Shown piece by piece: positions 57,108 to 64,000 of a stretch of 64,000 nt of DNA. The notes beneath the pieces were generated by a model. That model did no database searches, was not told the origin of the DNA, and worked only from the letters and a program-made list of their open reading frames with translations. How positions within the stretch are numbered: position 1 is the stretch's first letter; each line of letters opens with the position of its first letter. The position numbers were made by a program, and so were the translations under genes. Origin of the DNA: Patescibacteria group bacterium. Its GTDB lineage: Bacteria; Patescibacteriota; Microgenomatia; UBA10105; UBA927. The stretch is taken from positions 307,810 to 371,809 of the forward strand of contig DATKGN010000004.1 of NCBI GenBank assembly GCA_035510735.1, given 5' to 3'.

Positions 57108-57114
57108 TGAGATA

Positions 57115-57984
57115 TTGTACTATACGTTAGCATCCTATTCCTACTTATATATGATGAAAGATAAATATTCAGCCGTATGGGTATCCCACTCTTCAATCGG
57201 AGATTATCTCAAGTGTCCGCGGGCGTATTACCTCAAAAATGTGTACCGCGACAAGAAGACGAATCATAAGGTGATGCTCATGCAGCCGCCTTTAGCGCTC
57301 GGTCAGGCAGTGCATGAAGTCGTTGAATCGCTCTCGGCTCTTCCCGCGGAAAAACGGTTTGAAGGATCACTTATGGACCGGTATGAAAAAGTCTGGAAGA
57401 CTGTGTCCGGTGATATGGGCGGATTTGCCGACGAGCAGGAAGAGCTGCAATTTAAGTCCAGGGGAGCGACTATGATCCAACGAATCGTTGACCACCCGGG
57501 GCCCTTACGGAACAAAGCGATTAAGATACGGCAGGATTTGCCGTATTTTTGGTTATCGGAGGAGGATAACATCATCCTTTGCGGAAAAATTGACTGGCTG
57601 GAATATCTTGAGCCCACGGAGTCTGTTCACATCATCGATTTTAAAACCGGAAAATTTGATGAGGACCCTGATTCGCTTCAGCTACCCATCTATTTACTTC
57701 TCGTCAAAAACTGTCAGAAGTTTCCCGTCACGAAAGCAAGCTATTGGTATCTGGACCGCGACGAAGAACCGTCAGAAATTCCGCTGCCGGGCTTCGACGA
57801 ATCGTATGCACGGATTTTAGAGATCGCAAAAAAGATTCAATTGGCGCGGAAACTTGAGCATTTCAAATGCCCGCAAAAAGACGGATGCCGTGTCTGCAGA
57901 CCCTACGAAGCAATCGTTGCAGGTGGCGCGGTTTTCGTGGGAGTAGGCGGGTACTCACAGGATATATACGTTCTTAAGAGATAA
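57115..57984 (+). CDS. PD-(D/E)xK nuclease with four-Cys Fe-S cluster (Cas4/RecB-like, DUF83-type)
   Basis: N-terminal YLKCPRAYYL Cys, GKIDWLEY and HIIDFKTGK nuclease motifs, QLPIY motif and a C-terminal CPQKDGCRVCRP three-Cys cluster. Confidence 0.7.
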   Translation: MYYTLASYSYLYMMKDKYSAVWVSHSSIGDYLKCPRAYYLKNVYRDKKTNHKVMLMQPPLALGQAVHEVVESLSALPAEKRFEGSLMDRYEKVWKTVSGDMGGFADEQEELQFKSRGATMIQRIVDHPGPLRNKAIKIRQDLPYFWLSEEDNIILCGKIDWLEYLEPTESVHIIDFKTGKFDEDPDSLQLPIYLLLVKNCQKFPVTKASYWYLDRDEEPSEIPLPGFDESYARILEIAKKIQLARKLEHFKCPQKDGCRVCRPYEAIVAGGAVFVGVGGYSQDIYVLKR

Positions 57985-58100
57985 ATAGTCCTTATCTTCT
58001 GTTTTTGACTTCATATATATTATAGGATATAATCCTACTCATTCCCGCCACATTGTATTGATAGTATTACTATCTAACCTGACGGTTATATCGGAAATTT

Positions 58101-59759
58101 ATGAGTATTGAAATATTGGGTGATTCACATCAAAGTGAGACTACAAGATTGCAATTGGGAGAATATTTTACTCCGCAAACACTTCACATTCCTGAGGGTG
58201 ATATTCCTTTAACGAAGGAATCCATAGTTCCCACATTCGAAGGATTGTTAGCTCAAAATCAACGCGTGCTGTTACTCGGAGAGCCGGGTTCGGGAAAATC
58301 CACGCTTCTTCGCGAGATGTTGCACGCATATCACACCACCGTGAGTAACTCCTATGATACGGTCGTCTATTTGCCACTTCGGGCGTTTGAAGAAAATAAC
58401 GAATCGTTCATAGATTTTTTCCAGCAAAAAAAGACTACTCAACACGGCAGCGAACCGGAACATGTATTGTGGATACTCGATGGCATGGATGAGGTCAAAG
58501 ACCCCGCCCATATGGCCTCTCTTATGGAAGAAATAACCATTTCGCGTCCGGAGGATCATGTGATGGTTGCAGCACGGCCGATCGTGTCTGAAGAGGGATT
58601 TTTTAGAGAATATATTCCTGTCACGATACGTCCTTTTGATATCGAACAGATCTTATCATTCGCGCAGTTGTATAGCAGGCGGGTGTATGGAGACAATTAT
58701 ATTGTCCCTTTGCCGGGTACTACAAAAGATGGGCGGCCACTTACAGTCCCTTTGTTCGTAGAGACGGTTGCGAAGGACGCATTCGATAACAACAAGTCCA
58801 TTAAATATCTTTTATCATCTCCGATAAGTCTTCCCTATATTATCGATATACTTGCGGATGGTTATTTATTCCTTCCGTACAGGCGATCAGAATTATTTAG
58901 AGATATTATCGATAATTGTGATGAACATAGATGGGCAAAGAAAGATCCGCAATCGTTCGTCTCAGTTTTTGGGGATCCGGATCGGGAGTCCTATAGGGAC
59001 CTGTATGAATCAGATAAAGAATTTCTGGAATCTGAGTCACAGGAACTTTCGGTTCGCCTGAGAATGATACGGTTTTATAAATATATTGCCATCCACATGA
59101 TGACTGATTTCGGCCAGTCGGTAGTGACGAGAGATCAAATGAAAGAGGTTTTAGCAGGCTATTTTTCGGAACTATTCCCCCAAGACGTTATGGCCGAAGA
59201 GTCGGCTTCTTCTGATTTCTCTCTGGATCGCGCGGAAAAGTTTTTACAGGCAGCCGACAGCGGTCTGCCGCTGATCATAAAACTTGAAGAGAACGGTTAT
59301 GGGTTTGCGCACAGGTCTCTGTTTGAATTTTTAATAGCACAAGACTTGCTTACCCGGAGTGGCGACCCCGAAGAGGCAGTTTCTTTTTGTAAAGAGCATG
59401 ATTTATTATTCTCTCTTCACTGGCGCGAAACGATGCGGATGTTTATGGAGTTACAAAATCAAGCCATGTATGACAAAGAGCTGAAAGAGTTTTTTCATTT
59501 GATTTTACTAAATTCCTCTGAAGCGCCTTACGAATCCGTACTTGCAGCTGCAAGTTTTGTTACACACGATATATGCATTGGGTCGTTTAGTCCGTTAATT
59601 AAAGAAATATATACTGCACTTGCGGATGCGATTTCCGACCTAAAAGATAATAGTGATACAGAGAGTCAAATTATCCTTTATCGGCTTCGGAAACAAGAAC
59701 AGAGGTTGTTTATCATGATCGCGGACAAGGGACTTCAAAAAGATATATTTAGGAGATGA
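58101..59759 (+). CDS. STAND-class P-loop NTPase (NACHT-like)
   Basis: Walker A LLLGEPGSGKSTLL, Walker B VLWILDGMDEV (DGxDE, typical of NACHT) and a helical C-terminal region. 552 aa. Confidence 0.6.
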   Translation: MSIEILGDSHQSETTRLQLGEYFTPQTLHIPEGDIPLTKESIVPTFEGLLAQNQRVLLLGEPGSGKSTLLREMLHAYHTTVSNSYDTVVYLPLRAFEENNESFIDFFQQKKTTQHGSEPEHVLWILDGMDEVKDPAHMASLMEEITISRPEDHVMVAARPIVSEEGFFREYIPVTIRPFDIEQILSFAQLYSRRVYGDNYIVPLPGTTKDGRPLTVPLFVETVAKDAFDNNKSIKYLLSSPISLPYIIDILADGYLFLPYRRSELFRDIIDNCDEHRWAKKDPQSFVSVFGDPDRESYRDLYESDKEFLESESQELSVRLRMIRFYKYIAIHMMTDFGQSVVTRDQMKEVLAGYFSELFPQDVMAEESASSDFSLDRAEKFLQAADSGLPLIIKLEENGYGFAHRSLFEFLIAQDLLTRSGDPEEAVSFCKEHDLLFSLHWRETMRMFMELQNQAMYDKELKEFFHLILLNSSEAPYESVLAAASFVTHDICIGSFSPLIKEIYTALADAISDLKDNSDTESQIILYRLRKQEQRLFIMIADKGLQKDIFRR

Positions 59760-59781
59760 TTGGTTCAAATCATATTAGGCC

Positions 59782-59809
59782 TTGACAATACGCGCAAAAT
59801 TCGTATAAT
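59782..59809 (+). promoter_or_regulatory. Sigma-70-type promoter upstream of rpoB (TTGACA-N16-TATAAT)
   Basis: TTGACA 59782-59787 and TATAAT 59804-59809, ~90 nt upstream of the rpoB ATG. Confidence 0.55.
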
Positions 59810-59899
59810 AGATAAGTAAGTCCAGAAGATTTTGAGGCGAACGTTCATTGTTCGCTTCTTTTCGTCGTTCAATTGAGAGTAATTTGAGAAATTATTTCA

Positions 59900-62800
59900 A
59901 TGGCTAAAGATACACACTCATCAGCTCGACAGTATTGGGGAAAACACTATACTGATCTTCCCATACTTGATTTAACTTTAGTCCAACGCGAATCCTACCA
60001 GTGGTTTTTGGAACATGGGATTAAAGATCTCATTGCAGAAGTTTCCCCGATCAGCGATTTCACCGGAAAAAATTGGGAATTATCATTTGGTGATTATATT
60101 TTTGGACGTCCGCGGCTTACCCCCGCAATTGCACTTGAAAAAGGTTTGACCTTCGATATGCCGCTTAAAGTAACGGCAACCCTTGTCAATAAGCAGACCG
60201 GACATCATGTTACCCAGGAAGTATTTTTGGGAGACATCCCCGCGATGACCGAAAACGGCACATTCATTATTAACGGCATTGAGCGGTGCGTTGTGAACCA
60301 ACTTGTACGGTCACCAGGAATTTATTTTACCGGCAGTGTGGATGCAACAACCGGAAAAACCCTTCATAGCGCGGAAATCCGCCCGATGCACGGAAGCTGG
60401 CTTGAATTTATCATGACGAGAAACGATGTCATCATGGTCCGAATCGACCGAAGGCGTAAATTTGTGGCATCCACGTTCCTTAGGGCAATCGGTCTTGACA
60501 CCAACGAGGAAATTATGGCAGCCTTCGCTGACGTAGACACCAACCCGGATCATAAACACATTGAAGCCACACTTGCAAAAGATCCGACAAAAAATCATGT
60601 CGAAGCTGTTTTGGAACTGTACCGGAAGCTTCGGCCGGGTGAACCAATCGTCCTTGATAACGCAAATGAGCTTCTTAGGACGATGTTCTTTGATTTCCGT
60701 AGATACTCCTTAGAGCGCGTCGGCCGGTATAAGATGAACAAAAAGCTTGGTATCGATGTGCCGAATCAGCGTGAGCATTGGGTGTTGACCAAAGAAGATA
60801 TTATCGGCAGCATCAAGAAGCTGATCGGACTAGCCAACGGGAAAGATGATGCTGACGATATTGATCATTTGGGTAACCGGAGGGTACGACGTGTTGGAGA
60901 ATTGGTTGCGACCAATGCATTCCGGGTCGGCTTACTTCGTCTTGAGCGTTCAGTCCGTGAGAAAATGAGCCTTGCGGGACCTGCTGCCGAAGACTTAACC
61001 CCGATGCAGCTCGTGAACGCACGGCCGATCATCGCCTCCATCAACGACTTTTTCAGAACCAGCCAGCTTTCAACTATTCTTGATCAGACTAACCCGCTTG
61101 CCGAAGTTGATAACCTGCGTCGTCTCACCGTTATGGGAACCGGCGGAATTTCCCGCGAACGCGCATCATTCTCTATCCGTGATATTAATGCATCACAATA
61201 CGGCCGTATTTGTCCGGTCCGGAGCCCCGAAGGACCGAATATCGGACTTGTCACCTACATGTCGCTCTACGCCCGCGTCAATGAATACGGATTTTTAGAG
61301 ACGCCGTACCGGAAAGTTGAAAAAATCCACAAGAACGGCAAAGACATGATGCACGTGACCAACGACGTCATCTATATCGATGCCAGTGACGAACAATATA
61401 AACATATTACGCACGCGGGTATCGCGATTGATGAAAATGGATTTATCGTTGATGACCGAATCCCGGTCCGGTATAAGGGAGAATTCCTTGAAGCGGATGC
61501 AAACGTAGTTGAACTTATCGATGTCGTTCCGCGACAGGTCGTCGGAGCGCCAGCTTCACTTATTCCGTTTATTGCCCATGATGAAGCTAACCGGGCGCTT
61601 ATGGGCACGCACATGCAGTGTCAGGCAGTGCCACTTTTGACCCCGCAGGCCCCCGTTATCGGAACCGGCATGGAAGCCGCAATTTCCCAGACGATGGGCC
61701 GTGTTATACGGGCGAAAGATGACGGTGTTGTCATCTACGCAGACGGATCCAAAGTGACTCTTGAAACAAAAGACGGTCAGACAGATACCTATTCCGTCGC
61801 AAAATACTCGCGATCCGCTCAGTCAACGTGTTACAACCAACGGGTTTTAACTAATACCGGTGATAAAGTGAAAAAAGGCGATGTCCTTATCGATGCACCG
61901 GCAAGCGAAGAGGGTGAATTGGCCCTCGGGGCGAACGTCACTATTGCCTACATGAGTTTTGACGGATTGGGTTATGAGGATGCTATCGTTATCTCCGACC
62001 GGTTGGTAAAAGAAGATGTATTAACCTCGGTCCATATTGAAGAATACGAAGCAAGCGTCGTTGATACGAAACTCGGTCCTGAAGAGACGACCCGAGATAT
62101 TCCAAACGTCGGTGAAGAAGCGCTCCGGAATCTTGACGAAAACGGCATCGTCGTCGTCGGGGCTGAAGTGAGTCCGAATGATATTTTAGTCGGTAAGATC
62201 GCTCCAAAAGGGGAAACCGAATTAACGGCAGAAGAGCGATTACTCCGTGCAATTTTCGGAGAAAAAGCCCGCGAAGTTAGGGACACCAGCCTTCGGGTGC
62301 CGCATGGCGAGCGTGGAACGGTCATTGAAGTTAAAATTCTTGATAAAGAAAAGGGTGACGAACTTGAACCCGGCACCAACCGTAAGATCGTTATCAAAGT
62401 AGCTCAGATGCGGAAAGTCGTGGTCGGAGACAAACTTGCAGGCCGCCACGGAAACAAAGGGGTCATTTCAAAAGTCGTTACTCAGGGTGATATGCCGTAT
62501 TTGGCCGACGGAACCGTTATTGACGTTATCATCTCACCACTTTCCGTCTTATCCCGTATGAATTTGGGTCAACTTCTTGAGGCGCATTTGGGTCTTGCTG
62601 CATCAAAACTCAATATTAAACTGGCTTTACCTGTATTTGAGAGCGTCAAAGAAGACAGGATTATCGATAAATTAAAGGAAGCACAGGTTCCTGTGTCCGG
62701 TAAAAGCATTCTCTTTGACGGACGGACAGGAGAGCCGTTCAAGGAACAGATTGTTGTCGGTATTGCCTACATCCTGAAGCTTATTCACATGGTCGAGGAT

Positions 62801-63280
62801 AAGACGCATGCACGGTCAACCGGACCGTACTCGCTCGTAACACAGCAACCGCTCGGCGGAAAAGCCCAAATGGGCGGACAACGACTGGGAGAGATGGAAG
62901 TCTGGGCACTTGAATCGCATCGTGCGGCTCACGTCCTCCAGGAGATGCTCACGATTAAATCAGATGATGTTATCGGCCGCGCAAAAGCGTTTGAAGCCAT
63001 CGTTAAAGGCACGGACATTCCCGAATCCACCATTCCTGAGTCGTTTAAAGTATTGGTGAAAGAATTACAGGCGCTGGGCCTTAGCGTTATGCCGACAGGC
63101 ACAGTGACTGCAAAACCGGTTCCAGCTCCAACAACGCAAACAATTACCGATGATGTCGTAAAGAAAGAAGCGGAAGAGATTGCAAAAGCAAGCGGGCAAG
63201 AGACCGTTGATGAGGCGGCGCCGCCGGTGTCACCCGTTTCTGTGGTTCCTGAGGATGAGTCAGTGAAAGCGAAGGAGTAA
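59900..63280 (+). CDS. rpoB: DNA-directed RNA polymerase subunit beta
   Basis: 1126 aa with conserved RpoB regions throughout. Acidic C-terminal tail. Confidence 0.97.
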   Translation: MAKDTHSSARQYWGKHYTDLPILDLTLVQRESYQWFLEHGIKDLIAEVSPISDFTGKNWELSFGDYIFGRPRLTPAIALEKGLTFDMPLKVTATLVNKQTGHHVTQEVFLGDIPAMTENGTFIINGIERCVVNQLVRSPGIYFTGSVDATTGKTLHSAEIRPMHGSWLEFIMTRNDVIMVRIDRRRKFVASTFLRAIGLDTNEEIMAAFADVDTNPDHKHIEATLAKDPTKNHVEAVLELYRKLRPGEPIVLDNANELLRTMFFDFRRYSLERVGRYKMNKKLGIDVPNQREHWVLTKEDIIGSIKKLIGLANGKDDADDIDHLGNRRVRRVGELVATNAFRVGLLRLERSVREKMSLAGPAAEDLTPMQLVNARPIIASINDFFRTSQLSTILDQTNPLAEVDNLRRLTVMGTGGISRERASFSIRDINASQYGRICPVRSPEGPNIGLVTYMSLYARVNEYGFLETPYRKVEKIHKNGKDMMHVTNDVIYIDASDEQYKHITHAGIAIDENGFIVDDRIPVRYKGEFLEADANVVELIDVVPRQVVGAPASLIPFIAHDEANRALMGTHMQCQAVPLLTPQAPVIGTGMEAAISQTMGRVIRAKDDGVVIYADGSKVTLETKDGQTDTYSVAKYSRSAQSTCYNQRVLTNTGDKVKKGDVLIDAPASEEGELALGANVTIAYMSFDGLGYEDAIVISDRLVKEDVLTSVHIEEYEASVVDTKLGPEETTRDIPNVGEEALRNLDENGIVVVGAEVSPNDILVGKIAPKGETELTAEERLLRAIFGEKAREVRDTSLRVPHGERGTVIEVKILDKEKGDELEPGTNRKIVIKVAQMRKVVVGDKLAGRHGNKGVISKVVTQGDMPYLADGTVIDVIISPLSVLSRMNLGQLLEAHLGLAASKLNIKLALPVFESVKEDRIIDKLKEAQVPVSGKSILFDGRTGEPFKEQIVVGIAYILKLIHMVEDKTHARSTGPYSLVTQQPLGGKAQMGGQRLGEMEVWALESHRAAHVLQEMLTIKSDDVIGRAKAFEAIVKGTDIPESTIPESFKVLVKELQALGLSVMPTGTVTAKPVPAPTTQTITDDVVKKEAEEIAKASGQETVDEAAPPVSPVSVVPEDESVKAKE

Positions 63281-63284
63281 TTTT

Positions 63285-64000
63285 ATGGATAAAAAATCTA
63301 CATTTGCCAATATCGTTGATTTTACAGGGCTCAAGATCATGCTCGCGTCGCCCGACGATATCAAGGGATGGTCGCATGGCGAAGTGACAAAACCTGAAAC
63401 AATCAATTACCGGACGCTCAAACCTGAAAAAGACGGATTATTTGATGAGCGGATATTCGGTCCTACGAAAGATTGGGAATGTTACTGCGGAAAATACAAG
63501 AGAATCCGGTATCGCGGCATCGTCTGTGATAAATGCGGTGTTGAAGTGACGCAAAGCAAAGTCCGCCGCGAACGGATGGGTCATATTGCGCTTGTGGCTC
63601 CGGTTGCTCACGTCTGGTTTTTCAAAGGTGCACCGAGCAAACTTTCATTACTTTTAGATATTAGCCCACGGGCTCTTGAAGAGGTTATCTATTTTGCCCA
63701 GTATCTCGTAACCTCTGTTGATGAGGAGAAGAAGAAAAAGGTATTGGAGCGGCTTGCTGATTCCGGTAAAACACGTGTGGATGAAACAGAAGTTCGGTTT
63801 AAGGGAGAGAAAAATGTAAAACATGAACAATTTGTGACGGAAAAAGAAACGGTGAAAGAGCGTGTGAGTGGAGCCGAGGCAAAAGATCTCGCCGTTTCCG
63901 AGCTAACTCTCAAAGAGCGTCAGGAATTAGCGGGACTTGATGAACAGGCGGAGAAAGAAAAAGAGAAGATAAAGGAAATTGTTGATTCTCTTATCTCCAT
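63285..64000 (+). CDS. rpoC: DNA-directed RNA polymerase subunit beta-prime (5' partial; continues beyond the window)
   Basis: N-terminal zinc-binding [23 protein letters not shown] and [13 protein letters not shown] motifs. Starts 5 nt after the rpoB stop. Confidence 0.9.
   Translation, partial: MDKKSTFANIVDFTGLKIMLASPDDIKGWSHGEVTKPETINYRTLKPEKDGLFDERIFGPTKDWECYCGKYKRIRYRGIVCDKCGVEVTQSKVRRERMGHIALVAPVAHVWFFKGAPSKLSLLLDISPRALEEVIYFAQYLVTSVDEEKKKKVLERLADSGKTRVDETEVRFKGEKNVKHEQFVTEKETVKERVSGAEAKDLAVSELTLKERQELAGLDEQAEKEKEKIKEIVDSLIS

Noticed and set aside
1-64000. CRISPR arrays or rRNA genes
   Set aside because: No regularly spaced short direct repeats with unique spacers, and no rRNA-like conserved stretches, were seen anywhere in the window. 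The 80-bp repeats at 45.5-47.7 kb are separated by 500-900 bp of coding sequence and are not a CRISPR array.

Overview
The window is a gene-dense (~90% coding), ~45% GC bacterial chromosome segment. Its gene content points to a reduced, CPR/Patescibacteria-like lineage. That call rests on a short IF-2, an AlaRS lacking the C-Ala domain, a short HrcA, a DnaJ with no zinc finger, PilN/PilO and sortase genes, and the absence of rbfA/truB/ribF from the nusA-infB-rpsO-pnp region. It is an inference from gene content, not a database result.

Recognisable core genes are rpsT, murJ, hrcA-grpE-dnaK-(trypsin-like protease)-dnaJ, nusA-infB-(DHH protein)-rpsO-pnp, a Lon-like AAA+ ATPase with no protease domain, rnj, typA, ftsK, a RodZ-like gene, alaS, msrB, a sortase, a thymidine/AMP-phosphorylase-family gene, mltG, a sigma-70 family factor, a YgjP-like hydrolase, an EamA transporter and rpoB with the start of rpoC. 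A Pat-like acetyltransferase, an HDAC-type deacetylase, a CelD-like GNAT and a CAP-domain protein sit together on the minus strand.

The most unusual signal is a recurring insertion architecture. Short, mostly synonymously diverged copies of the 3' ends of housekeeping genes flank small unrelated ORFs. This occurs with dnaJ at 14.0/14.9 kb and with rnj and typA at 28.6-29.2 kb. A separate ~80-bp intergenic repeat family at 45.5-47.7 kb includes one copy that appears split around an inserted gene with a ~15-bp core duplicated on both sides. Together these suggest a gene-end-targeting cassette integration or capture process. No recombinase is encoded in the window.

Other notable items are a tRNA-like gene carrying a ~45-nt insert between its anticodon and T arms, and a structured leader upstream of nusA with a consensus promoter, two terminator hairpins and twin palindromes. 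There are also three tandem 20-bp direct repeats upstream of mltG, and a Cas4-like Fe-S nuclease adjacent to a NACHT/STAND NTPase.
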